DNA of 63,947 nucleotides, the filler included, from Vicugna vicugna (Eukaryota): NCBI GenBank assembly GCA_013265495.1. It is 77 parts of 75 records of this genome, joined end to end, with 100 filler letters (N's around TTAATTAATTAA, not from the genome) between each part and the next. Parts side by side here need not be neighbours in the genome. Positions count along the whole stretch, not along the records: positions 12,461 to 13,374 come from PNXW01018979.1; positions 13,475 to 14,063 come from PNXW01018980.1; positions 14,164 to 14,822 come from PNXW01018981.1; positions 14,923 to 15,748 come from PNXW01018988.1; positions 15,849 to 16,284 come from PNXW01018990.1; positions 16,385 to 16,804 come from PNXW01018997.1; positions 16,905 to 17,822 come from PNXW01018999.1; positions 17,923 to 18,414 come from MU061447.1; 69 more parts are not named here. One strand, given 5' to 3'. Below, piece by piece: positions 12,461 to 24,695 of this stretch. The position numbers and the translations under genes are program-made. Position 1 is the stretch's first letter. Each line of letters opens with the position of its first letter. The notes under the pieces are model-generated. The model saw only the letters and a program-made list of their open reading frames with translations, ran no database searches and was not told where the DNA came from.

Positions 12461-13374
12461 ATTTATTTTGGAGCTTTTTAATCTGTACTCTCTTTTTGCT
12501 CATGAATCTCGTTAAAGTTTATCAGTTATATTTATCATTCAAAAGCAATTATGTAGTTTGATTAGATATTTCTATTTTTAATCTTTATTTTTTTATTTCT
12601 GTTCTGACCTTCCAGCTGTCTTTCCATCTACTAACAAGTTTCTTTATTATTTTTCTTCATCTTTTGTTTGTAAGATTATTTTATAAGAGTGAGATGTGAC
12701 TTATTTGTATAAGTGGGATTATTTTGCTCTAAGCATCCCTATAAGTACTGCATTTGCTATACCCCATGGACTTTGTTTTACTTTGTTTTTGTGGTCATAT
12801 TTCTTTATGTATTTTTTCTTTGATTTTTGCAGCAATCCATTGGTTGTTTAATATTCTATGATTTATCCTACACAATTTTCAATTTTTCTCAGGTTTTTTC
12901 CTTGTAGTAAATTTCTATTCTGACAGAATCCATATGTTTCTTCACAAAACAAGGAGAAAAATGAAAAAATTTGTACAAAATTGTGAAAGACCCAAATTTT
13001 ATAAAATTATCTTTGAATAATGAACAAAGCTGTGGGTATTATCCTCCCTGACTTAAGAATATACTGCAAAGTTACAGTAATCAAAACATCAAAATATATC
13101 ACTAAAAGAGTCACATAGATTAATGGAACAAAATAAAGAGTCCTAAAATAAACCCACACTCATATGGTCAGTTAGTCTACAATGAAGGAGGCAAGTTAGT
13201 CTAAATGAAGGAGGCAAGAGTATGCAATGGACAAAAGGCAGTATCTTCAACAAGTAGTTCTGGGAACATTGGACAGTACATGTAAAAGGAAGATGTAAGA
13301 GCACTTCCTCCTATGTTATACAAAGTAACACAAAAATGGATTAATTTCCTAAATGTTAACATGAAATTATAAAA
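12461..13374. mobile_element. Degenerate LINE-1 ORF2 with internal inversion (minus piece to ~12915, plus piece after)
   Basis: Left part is the reverse complement of the end-of-endonuclease region (LNNQW-like). Right part is the plus-strand post-RT region (AACAAAGCTG..GGTATTATCCTCCCTGACTT...AAAGTTACAGTAATCAAAAC). Confidence 0.8.
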
Positions 13375-14922
13375 NNNNNNNNNNNNNNNNNNNNNNNNNN
13401 NNNNNNNNNNNNNNNNNNTTAATTAATTAANNNNNNNNNNNNNNNNNNNNNNNNNNNNNNNNNNNNNNNNNNNNTGCCTAGGAACTGCTTCCATGGAGAG
13501 AGCGGGGCAATGTCACGACTCACCTCATCTGTTTTCCTTATCTCTGTGCTTTTCTCTGAAGTCCAATGTCCAAAAATGGTTTCATTTATTTTGTCCAGTT
13601 TTCTTGTTGGAAGCTCAGCTCTGTGTTATTGAAGTGTAAGTCAGCATAATTTATTTTTATTGTATCTTACAAATGCATCAGTCCTTGATGTTGGGGGACA
13701 AAACCCTGATCATTTAACCAGAGATTATTGGAGAACTGCAGTAGATCCCATTTCCTCCACGACATGTTGATTGAGACCTGGGGAATGAATAGAGCTAATT
13801 CAGGTAAAGGATGAGAACAGAGTAGCGAGGACTTTCTAGGCAGAGGGAGCCTTCCCTGACCATGGGGACCCGTGGAGAAATATGCAAGGAAGAGACCCGA
13901 CTATTCCACTTGAAGTTGTGCCTGAGATTATTTGAGAAGAGTGCACCGTGAAGAAAATGTTGGAAGTAATAATTGACTGTGCCCCAAGCATGCTTGTGTT
14001 TACGGCTCTCTTCTCAGGGTCCTGTCTCATTCCCCTTTATCATCTCTCCAGCTGTTATCAGGANNNNNNNNNNNNNNNNNNNNNNNNNNNNNNNNNNNNN
14101 NNNNNNNTTAATTAATTAANNNNNNNNNNNNNNNNNNNNNNNNNNNNNNNNNNNNNNNNNNNNTTTTATATAATAAGTAAAAATAAAAGCAATGCCATTA
14201 AGAAAAAAGAAAAGAACTCTCTAATCCCCTTAGCTGTAGGTGGTGTAGAATTCTGGTTGCAAGCACCAAGTCCACTGGATCACTCCAACACTGGCTGTCA
14301 CTCTTTCTGACCATCAGAGAGTCACTTGCTTCACTGAGGTTAGTTTTCTTTTCTGTGAAAGGCTACAGTTGCAACTAATGATGTATAGAATCTCATCACT
14401 CACAAGCCCAACAAGTAGTGAGGACTTCCCATGGGCCAGGCTCTGGACAGATGAAAACATAGGGACCCAGGTATATTCATGGGTAGAAGAAGTTTATGCC
14501 ATAAAGACATTAATTCTTCCTGTTTTGATAGACAGATTCATTGCAATTCTGATTTGAATTCCAACCAGATTTTTCTTGGAATGTAACAAGTTAATTTATG
14601 GTCAGGAATAGCCAAGGAATTTCTTTAGAACCACCACTGGGGAGGGGTGGATAGGTCATTTATTTCCCCTGCTCTTTCTGAAGTGATGAAAATGTTCTGG
14701 AATAATAATGGTTGCACCACTGTGAATATGCTAAAAGCTGCTGAATTGTACCATATAATGGATGGACTTCATGGAATAATGGATGGACTTCATGGTGTGT
14801 GAACTATATCACAATAACGCTGNNNNNNNNNNNNNNNNNNNNNNNNNNNNNNNNNNNNNNNNNNNNTTAATTAATTAANNNNNNNNNNNNNNNNNNNNNN
14901 NNNNNNNNNNNNNNNNNNNNNN

Positions 14923-15748
14923 TAAACGAAACTTTGTGTTCCCTTCAAGATAGGTGAAGGATGGCTTCACAGACAAATATATCTCAGAACTGAGCATGTG
15001 GAGAGACGTTCGTTCATCCAGCACAAACGGAACGGGTTGCAGGAGAAATCCTTACTCTGGTTTCTCAGTCTGTTTCCTAGTGTCGGTTTGAAGTGCCTGC
15101 CGTTTTCACTGTAAAACCGAGTTGGAGCTTGTACCTCCCCATATATATGTATGGAGTGGAGTTTGCAACTTAAACGAAACTTTGTGTTCCCTTCAAGATA
15201 GGTGAAGGATGGCTTCACAGACAAATATATCTCAGAACTGAGCATGTGGAGAGACGTTCGTTCAACCAGCTAAAAGGGAACGGGTTGCAGGAAAAACACT
15301 GACTATGTTTTCTCAGTCTGTTTCCTAGTGCCGGTTTGAAGTGCCTGCCGTTTTAACTGTAAAACCGAGTTAGAGCTTGTTCCTCCCCATATATATGTAT
15401 GGAGTGGAGTTTTCAACCGAAAAGAAACTTTGTGTTCCCTTCAAGCTAAAAAAAAAGCTTTCACACACACTTATCTCTCAGAACTGAGCATGTGGAGAGA
15501 AGTTCGTACATCCAGCACAAAGGGAACGGGTTGTAGGAGAAACCCTTACTCTGGTTTCTCAGTCTGTTTCCTAGTGCCGGTTTGAAGTGCCTGCCGTTTT
15601 CTCTGTAAACCGTGTTGGAGCTTGTACCTCCCCATATATATGTATGCAGTGGAGTTTGCAACTGGAAAGAAACTTTGTGTTCCCTTTAAGCTAGGTGAAG
15701 GTTGGCTTTCACACACAATTAACTCTCAGAACTCAGCATGTGGAGAGA
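14923..15748 (+). repeat. Satellite D (248-bp monomer, ~3.3 copies)
   Basis: TAAACGAAAC at 14923 and 15171; GAGAGACG at 15001 and 15249. Confidence 0.95.
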
Positions 15749-15848
15749 NNNNNNNNNNNNNNNNNNNNNNNNNNNNNNNNNNNNNNNNNNNNTTAATTAA
15801 TTAANNNNNNNNNNNNNNNNNNNNNNNNNNNNNNNNNNNNNNNNNNNN

Positions 15849-16284
15849 AAAGTTCTTCATGTGTGTCCTGGAGGTGGGGAAACAATGTCCACGATTATTT
15901 ATTGGATCACAGGTGTTCCCAGGTTGGGGAAGTAGGTAAACACCTCCACTGCCCATAGAGAGGCACTCGCTATTACTAGTCTTTAGTGCCCAACACCCAA
16001 CTTCGCTCACAGCCTGGCCAATGGAAACACTCAGGGAAAGCAAGCCACATGATATTATAAGTTCCCAGTTGCTGCTGTCATTTGGAGGTGCCTACCAACA
16101 CTCAGTATACCAGAACTGTTCTTCGTGGGTGTGCTGGAGGTGGGGAAAGGGAGACCACGCATTTATATGGGGGGCAGGTGTTTAAAGGTTAGGGATGTAG
16201 TTTTAAAATCTCCATGCAAGGCACTCGCTAATACCTAGGTATAGAGACGAAACCCCACATTAGATCAAAGCCTGGCCTATGTAA
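15849..16284 (-). repeat. Satellite B
   Basis: GCTGCTGTCATTTGGAGG and GGCACTCGCTA motifs as in 47447-48376. Confidence 0.85.
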
Positions 16285-16384
16285 NNNNNNNNNNNNNNNN
16301 NNNNNNNNNNNNNNNNNNNNNNNNNNNNTTAATTAATTAANNNNNNNNNNNNNNNNNNNNNNNNNNNNNNNNNNNNNNNNNNNN

Positions 16385-16804
16385 TTCCCTTTGTGCTAGA
16401 TGAACGAACGTCTCTCCACATGCTGTGTTTTGAGAGTTAATCGTGTGTGAAAGCCGTCCTTCACCAAGCTTGCTGGAAACACAAAGTTTCTCTTCAGTTG
16501 CAGACTCCAATCCATACATATATATGGTTAGGTACAAGTTCCAAATCGGTTTTACAGTGAAAACTGCAGGAACTTCAAACTGGCACTAGGAAACAGACTG
16601 AGAAACCAGAGTAAGTGTTTCTCCTGCAACCTGTTCCCTTTGTGCTAGATGAACGAACGTCTCTCCACATGCTCAGTTTTGAGAGTTAAGCTTGTGTGAA
16701 AGCCTCCTTCACCTAGCTTGTTGGGAACACAAAGATTCTCTTCAGTTGCAGACCCACTACATCCATATATATGGGCAGGTACAAGCTCCAACTCGGTTTT
16801 ACAG
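16385..16804 (-). repeat. Satellite D
   Basis: Reverse complement of 14923-15748 (GATGAACGAACGTCTCTCCACATGCT occurs twice). Confidence 0.93.
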
Positions 16805-16904
16805 NNNNNNNNNNNNNNNNNNNNNNNNNNNNNNNNNNNNNNNNNNNNTTAATTAATTAANNNNNNNNNNNNNNNNNNNNNNNNNNNNNNNNNNNNNNNN
16901 NNNN

Positions 16905-17822
16905 AAATTACATGTGTATTGGTGAGAATTCGCTCAAAGAGTCTTTTATCGTGCCAAATGTACGATTTTAGTACCTGGTGACAGAAAAAACCTCTGAAGG
17001 CAGAGTAAATATTTCTAAGTGTATATATGCCTTCTTTGGTGGATGAAAGGTCAGTAATGAAGATGCTGAGAGCTCAGAAACACATGTTTGCCGAATCCGA
17101 CATGCATGAGCATGTACAGAACCCGGAATGCCATGTTGATGGAATTCATGTGAATTAAATATCTGTTTGGTTGAAATCGCTCCAGAAGTGTTTTTCTGAG
17201 AATAATGCACGAGTTCTAAACTGGTGTTAGGAAAAGATTGTGAAAATGGGTATATGTGTCAAGATGAATATATTGTATTTATAGAGGATAAAAATCAGAA
17301 ATCCACATGCTCTCAACTCAGGAATGCATGTTTGTCGAATCCGACATGCATGTAGCATGTATGGAACACTGAATATCATTTACATGGAATCTATTCAAAT
17401 TACATATCTCTAGGGTAGATTTCGCTCCAAGAGGGTTTTTCTGGGATCAATGTGATTCTTGAAACTGGTGATAGGAGAAGCAACGAAGTCCAAGGAAATA
17501 TTTCAGAGTGCATTAGTAACTTGTTTGGTGGTTGAAATATCTGTCATGTGCATGTTCACAGCTCAGAAATTCAATTTGAGGAATTCGTGATGCATGAATC
17601 ATGTTCGGAATACGGAATGCCATGGTTATGTAAACAATGTAAATTACATGTGTATTGGTGAGAATTCGGTTAAAGAGTGTTTTCTACTGCTAAATGTCTG
17701 ATTTTAGAACCTGGTGATACAAAAAAATAATGAAGTCACAGTAAAAGTTTAAAGTATTATATATGCCTTCTTTGGTTGATGAAAGTTCACTAATCCACAT
17801 GCTCACAACCCAGAAATGCATG
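16905..17822 (-). repeat. Satellite A, full 736-bp trimer plus
   Basis: AAATTACATGTGTATTGGTGAGAATTCG at 16905 and 17641; diverged internal anchors at 17152 and 17397. Confidence 0.95.
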
Positions 17823-18515
17823 NNNNNNNNNNNNNNNNNNNNNNNNNNNNNNNNNNNNNNNNNNNNTTAATTAATTAANNNNNNNNNNNNNNNNNNNNNN
17901 NNNNNNNNNNNNNNNNNNNNNNATTGTTAAGTGCACAGAAATCTAAGCTATGAACCACCAAGACAATGATTAACTCCAGGAAAACGAAGCAGGGAAGAAA
18001 AGGTAAGACTAGTGCAAAATGCTACAGCTTTGAATAGTCTGTACAGAGTAATAATAATGTAATGCAAGGATACTGAGCTGATGAAAATTATAATGTAATT
18101 GTATCAAAAGGTTGGAAGAATTAAGGTTTGGGTGTGTAGATGAGATGGGGTTTGTAAGAGAGCTTAATCCTCATTTTCNNNNNNNNNNNNNNNNNNNNNN
18201 NNNNNNNNNNNNNNNNNNNNNNNNNNNNNNNNNNNNNCAAGGATATTAGTCAGAGAAAGGGAGTAATTATTCCAAGAGTCAGCAGTAGGAGCTGAACGTG
18301 GTTGTTTCTGACCAGGAAATGGGGCGGTTTTTGGGAACTGCTCCTTTTTACAATCGGTGTTCGAGAACAGTTTGACTCTTTATTGAATGTATGGCATTAG
18401 TTTGATAAAAAGAANNNNNNNNNNNNNNNNNNNNNNNNNNNNNNNNNNNNNNNNNNNNTTAATTAATTAANNNNNNNNNNNNNNNNNNNNNNNNNNNNNN
18501 NNNNNNNNNNNNNNC

Positions 18516-18661
18516 CTCCAACAGCATCCCCTGCAGCTGCTCACCCCCGAGTCTGCCACATCCTCACCAGTGACCGCCAGCCAGGAAATGCCGTCAAGCA
18601 CGTCACACAGCGACAGCCAGGAACCGCGTACCAAGCACGTTTGTGTAAAAGCCAGAATCAA
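18516..18661 (+). other. Possible coding exon fragment of an unidentified gene
   Basis: Open frame LQQHPLQLLTPESATSSPVTASQEMPSSTSHSDSQEPRTKHVCVKARI ending at an AA|GTAAGG donor-like site. No homologue recognised. Confidence 0.3.
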
Positions 18662-19870
18662 GTAAGGTGCTGCAGATTTTGACTTTCCAAGTTTAAATAC
18701 TCCATGAAAAGAATCCCTCAGCAGCCGCCTAAATCAATTCGCATCTCACTTCTTCAAAACAAATAAACAAAATTAGTAAGAGNNNNNNNNNNNNNNNNNN
18801 NNNNNNNNNNNNNNNNNNNNNNNNNNNNNNNNNNNNNNNNNNNNNNNNNNNNNNNNNNNNNNNNNNNNNNNNNNNNNNNNNNNNNNNNNNNNNNNNNNNN
18901 NNNNNNNNNNNNNNNNNNNNNNNNNNNNNNNNNNNNNNNNNNNNNNNNNNNNNNNNNNNNNNNNNNNNNNNNNNNNNNNNNNNNNNNNNNNNNNNNNNNN
19001 NNNNNNNNNNNNNNNNNNNNNNNNNNNNNNNNNNNNNNNNNNNNNNNNNNNNNNNNNNNNNNNNNNNNNNNNNNNNNNNNNNNNNNNNNNNNNNNNNNNN
19101 NNNNNNNNNNNNNNNNNNNNNNNNNNNNNNNNNNNNNNNNNNNNNNNNNNNNNNNNNNNNNNNNNNNNNNNNNNNNNNNNNNNNNNNNNNNNNNNNNNNN
19201 NNNNNNNNNNNNNNNNNNNNNNNNNNNNNNNNNNNNNNNNNNNNNNNNNNNNNNNNNNNNNNNCGTGGTCAGCACTCCAAACCAAAACTTCACCTAGATG
19301 CATGTAGACAGCTTTTGAGCTNNNNNNNNNNNNNNNNNNNNNNNNNNNNNNNNNNNNNNNNNNNNTTAATTAATTAANNNNNNNNNNNNNNNNNNNNNNN
19401 NNNNNNNNNNNNNNNNNNNNNTGAGAAGCATCACTCGGCCCAGTGGAAGGTGGGGTGTAAAGAGAATGGGGACGTTACGAGCTAGAGAAGAATTGCTGGT
19501 TGGGTGTTCAGGAGACAATCTCTGAGATGCTGGGGGTCAGGGAGGGGAAGGGCTGCACACGCCAGGCACCCCTGTCCTCAGTGGCCCACTGGGCGCAGCT
19601 TTCTCCCTGCTGTCCCCACCGTGGCTGTCATCCCCACAGACAGAGCACCCTCCACGGAGCAGCCACAGTGGTATACAAGGTCGGAGCCAGAGCAGGACAC
19701 CTCCAGCCTTCCAGTGGCTTCCAGACAGAATCCAGACTGTGTGTCACCGTCCGGCCTCCTCCTCCCCTCTTAGTTCATCTCAGAACTCACAGGTTGAGCT
19801 CTTAGCCCAAGGGTGTTCCCTCACGCTCTTGCCGCCTTCCTGAAGGTTCTCCCCGCCTTGCCTGAGTCAC

Positions 19871-20564
19871 TTTTTTAAAAAACTTTTTATTTTTAATTTT
19901 TAAAATTGAAGTATAGTTGATTTATAATGTTGTGTTAGTTTCTGGCGTACAGCACAGTGATTCATTATACATATACATACATATATTCTTTTTCAGATTC
20001 TTTTCCATTATAGGTTATCACAGGANNNNNNNNNNNNNNNNNNNNNNNNNNNNNNNNNNNNNNNNNNNNNNNNNNNNNNNNNNNNNNNNNNNNNNNNNNN
20101 NNNNNNNNNNNNNNNNNNNNNNNNNNNNNNNNNNNNNNNNNNNNNNNNNNNNNNNNNNNNNNNNNNNNNNNNNNNNNNNNNNNNNNNNNNNNNNNNNNNN
20201 NNNNNNNNNNNNNNNNNNNNNNNNNNNNNNNNNNNNNNNNNNNNNNNNNNNNNNNNNNNNNNNNNNNNNNNNNNNNNNNNNNNNNNNNNNNNNNNNNNNN
20301 NNNNNNNNNNNNNNNNNNNNNNNNNNNNNNNNNNNNNNNNNNNNNNNNNNNNNNNNNNNNNNGTGTGTGTGTGTGTGTGTGTGTGTCTCACTACTTCTTT
20401 ATCCAGTCATCTGTTGATGGGCACGTAGGGTGCTTCCATGTCCTGGCTATTGTAAATAGTGCTGCTGTGAACGTTGGGGTGTACGTATGTTTTTGGAATA
20501 GAGTTTCCTCCAGATACACGCCCAGGAGAGGGATTGTTGGATCATAGGGTAAGTCTATTTTTAG
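19871..20564 (-). mobile_element. LINE-1 3' end (cetartiodactyl type) with (TG)n, gapped
   Basis: T-rich tail followed by ATTGAAGTATAGTTGATTTATAATGTTGTGTTAGTTTCTGG; TTCCATGTCCTGGCTATTGTAAATAGTGCTGC. Confidence 0.85.
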
Positions 20565-20664
20565 NNNNNNNNNNNNNNNNNNNNNNNNNNNNNNNNNNNN
20601 NNNNNNNNTTAATTAATTAANNNNNNNNNNNNNNNNNNNNNNNNNNNNNNNNNNNNNNNNNNNN

Positions 20665-21632
20665 GGAGACGAGCATAGGCATTCCGTTAGAACCCACACG
20701 CTGCCGACCATTGGTGGGACTTCCCCACGCTCAGTATTTCAGAAAAATTGTCAGTGCGTCGGGGAGCTCGAGAGAAAAATCCACGCAGCTCTCTTCAGTC
20801 ACAGGTGTCCCCTGTTCGGGGAAGTCCGATAAATAACTTCCCAGAATTTGGGGAGACAGCCTCGGTCACTGGGATATCCTGCAATCACCCCTAGCATTCC
20901 CTGGCACAGAGACATTAGGAAAAACCTCAGGGGAGACGAGCTTAGGCATTCCGTTTGAACCCACACGCTGCCGAAGAACCTCCCAACGCTCAGGATTCCG
21001 GAAATATTTCAGTGCGTGGAGGAGCTCGAGAGACAAGTCCACGCAGCTCTCTTCAGTCACAGGTGTTCCCTGTTCGGGGAAGTCCGAGAAATACCTTCCC
21101 TGACAATGGGGATGCAGCCTCTGACACTGGGATATCCTACAATCACCCCTAGCATTCCCTGGCACAGAGACATTAGGAAAACAATCAGGGGAGACGGGCT
21201 TAGGCATTCCGTTAGAACCCACGCGCTGCCGACCGTTGGGGGAACCTCCCCACGCTCAGGATTCCGGACCGATTGTCAGTGCGTGGGGGAGCTTGAGATA
21301 CAAGTCCACGCAGCTCTCTTCAGTCACAGGTGTTCCCAGTTCGGGGAAGCCAAAGAAATACATTCCCTGATCTTGGGGAGGCTGCCTCGTTCACTGGGAT
21401 ATCCTGCAATCTCCAATAGCATTCCCTGGCACAGAGACATTAGGAAAACCCTCAGGGGAGACGAGGTTAGGCATTCCGTTAGAACCCACGCGCTACCGAA
21501 CGTTGATGGAACCTCCCCACGCTCAGGATTCCGGAACCATTGTCAGTGCGTGGGGGAGCTCGAGAGACAACTCCACGAGACTCCCTGCGGTCACAGGTGT
21601 TCCCTGTTCGGGGAAGTCTGGGAAATACCTTC
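20665..21632 (-). repeat. Satellite C (~3.6 copies)
   Basis: GCATTCCCTGGCACAGAGACATTAGG at 20894, 21152 and 21419 (258 bp with a small deletion, then 267 bp). Confidence 0.96.
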
Positions 21633-22442
21633 NNNNNNNNNNNNNNNNNNNNNNNNNNNNNNNNNNNNNNNNNNNNTTAATTAATTAANNNNNNNNNNNN
21701 NNNNNNNNNNNNNNNNNNNNNNNNNNNNNNNNTTCCTACCACATGCCAAGGGTACAGACCATCAGCATGACTCAACCACAGCCGACACTGACCTTGGCCA
21801 TGTGGCCGAGGGACTGTCTTTTAGGTTCCTCCACTACAAGTTACTTTTCCTTCACTCCAAGTTACTTTTCCTTCACTCTTTCCCTTATCATCCTCCATGG
21901 AAGAAAGTCACTTAGCACAGCCCACACTTAAGTGGTAGAGAGTTGTGTTCTATTTCCTGGAGAGGGCGAGTTGAGTTTTCAATATTTCTGTTTCACACTG
22001 AGGACTTGAGTCACAGGAACTCATTGGCTAACCAGATCAGTGGTCCATCTAAATAAGGTTTGCATCCACAGAAGTCTGAGAGCATCCCCCGGAGGACACA
22101 AGGATCCAGTATTTAAATTCCCCTCGGAGGTGGGGTACCCCAATTGAGAACCACAGAATTAGCAGAAACAAGAGAAGACAGATGCTAATAAAGAGACCAG
22201 CAGGATGGGAAAAGTGAAAAAAAAAATGATAATATGTGGCAGAAAGCAAAAAATAAATAAATAAATAAAAAGAGAGACAGATTCCAGAAAGCCAAATAGA
22301 AAGGCTGCCCAGGGGATATTTGGAAATTAAAAAAAAAAAAAANNNNNNNNNNNNNNNNNNNNNNNNNNNNNNNNNNNNNNNNNNNNTTAATTAATTAANN
22401 NNNNNNNNNNNNNNNNNNNNNNNNNNNNNNNNNNNNNNNNNN

Positions 22443-23315
22443 AGAGCCTATTTATGGGATGTGGGTGTTTAACCTAGAACCCACAACAATGGAATAACTC
22501 TGCCCCCTGAAAAATGAGTGTGCTAATTTCCCCACCTCCAGCAAACACAGGAAGAAGTGTTCTGATATTCTAAGTGTGGGGAGGTTCCTCCAACAGAGAG
22601 CACACCTGGGTTCTAATAGAATCCCTTAGCTTGACATCAATATGTGTTTTCCTAGACCTATTAGTGAGCGATGGTGGGGGATTGGCTCTAAAGCCAGGTA
22701 TGAGCGAGTGCATCTTTGTGGATACTGGAGGGTTTGAAAATACTTCAACAACCTTGGAACACCTTTGCCCCCATAAAGATGTGTGGACTCTGTTTCCCCA
22801 CCTCCAGCACACACACGGAGACGTACTGAGGTATCCTGAGTGTGTGGAAGTTCCTCCAAATGACAGCAGCGCCTGCGTTCTAATAGAATAACTCAGCTTG
22901 TATTCCCTGAGTGTTTCCCTAGGCCAGGCCAAGAGCGAAAGCTGGGGGTTGGGCTTGGAGGCCAAGTAGCAGCTTGTGCCAACTGATTGACTGAGGAAGT
23001 ACTCAGGGAACTCACCTACCGGGGAACACCTGTGTCACCATTCATATGCATGGATTGGGGCTGCACACCTCCCCCACACACAAGAGATTCTCCGGAGTCC
23101 TGAGTGTTGGGAAGTTCCTCCAAGTGACAGCTGCACCCGGGTTCTATACAATTCCTTAGATTGTCTTCCCTGATGGCTTGTCCTGCCAGGAGTGCGGGGG
23201 AAATTGGAGGTTGGGCTCTAAAACGAAGTATTAGCGAGTGCATATCCATGGGATGTGGAGGAGTTTAAGTTACATCCTCCAACCTAGGCATACCTGTGCC
23301 CCATGAAAAAAGCGT
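22443..23315 (+). repeat. Satellite B (three different ~265-bp monomers)
   Basis: GA(G/A)GTTCCTCCAA at 22581, 22847 and 23111. Confidence 0.92.
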
Positions 23316-23415
23316 NNNNNNNNNNNNNNNNNNNNNNNNNNNNNNNNNNNNNNNNNNNNTTAATTAATTAANNNNNNNNNNNNNNNNNNNNNNNNNNNNN
23401 NNNNNNNNNNNNNNN

Positions 23416-23978
23416 CGAATTCTCACCAATACACATGTAATTTACATTGTTTACAAAACCTTGGAATTCCTTATTACGAGCATGATTCATGCATCACGAA
23501 TTCCTCCAACATGCATTTCTGAGTTGTGAACATGCGCATGACTGATGTTTCAAGCACTAAAAAAGTTAAATATGCACTTTTAGATATTTATTTGGCTTCG
23601 TAGCTTCTTCAAATCACCAGTTTTAATAATCACACTTAGATCCCAGATAAACAATCTTGGAGGGAATTCTACCCTAGAGATATGTAATTTGAATAGATTC
23701 CATCTACATGATATTCCTTTATCCGTGCATGCTACATATATGACGAATTCGTCAATCATGCGTTTCTGACTTGTGAACATGTGGATTACTGACCTTTCAT
23801 CCACCAAACAAGGCGTATATACAGTTAGAAATATTTACTCTAACTTCATAGATTTTTCTATCACCAGGTTCTTAAATCGGACATTTGGCACCAGAAAACA
23901 CTCTTTGAACGAATTCTCACAAATAAGATTTCTTATTTCGAACATGTTTCATGCAACACGGATTCTTCAAACATGCAT
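23416..23978 (+). repeat. Satellite A, dimeric (494-bp) variant
   Basis: CGAATTCTCAC at 23416 and 23910. Confidence 0.88.
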
Positions 23979-24214
23979 NNNNNNNNNNNNNNNNNNNNNN
24001 NNNNNNNNNNNNNNNNNNNNNNTTAATTAATTAANNNNNNNNNNNNNNNNNNNNNNNNNNNNNNNNNNNNNNNNNNNNTGATTAGTCAAATTCTACTCAT
24101 AAAAAGCATTACAAAATGTACCAATAGGATATATTCCAAAGCACCACTTCCCCCCTCTTTTCACCGTACTTTTCCTTTTTTGTGTGTATACACACACACA
24201 CACTCACACACTCA

Positions 24215-24595
24215 TTTTATTGAAGTATAGTCAGTTTACAATCTTGTGTCAATTTCTGGCATACAACATAATGCTTCAGTCGTCAATGAACATACATATA
24301 TTTGTTTTCATATTCTTTTCACCATTAGTTAATACAAGATATTGACTATAGTCCCCTGTGCTATACAGTGTAAACTTGTTGTTTATCTATTTTATGTATA
24401 TTAGTTAGTATTTGCAAATCTCGAACTCCCAATTTATCCCTTCCCACCCTCTTCCCGCCCTGGTAACCATAAGTTTGTAATAAGTTTGTTTCTATGTTTG
24501 TGAGTCTGTTTCTATTTCGTAGATAAGTTCATTTGTGTCTTTGTTTTTTAGATTCCACACATAAGTGATATCATATAGTATTTTTCTTTCTCTTT
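24215..24595 (-). mobile_element. LINE-1 3' end
   Basis: TTTTATTGAAGTATAGTCAGTTTACAAT...GGTAACCATAAGTTTG...TTTTAGATTCCACA; homologous to 51229-51684. Confidence 0.85.
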
Positions 24596-24695
24596 NNNNN
24601 NNNNNNNNNNNNNNNNNNNNNNNNNNNNNNNNNNNNNNNTTAATTAATTAANNNNNNNNNNNNNNNNNNNNNNNNNNNNNNNNNNNNNNNNNNNN

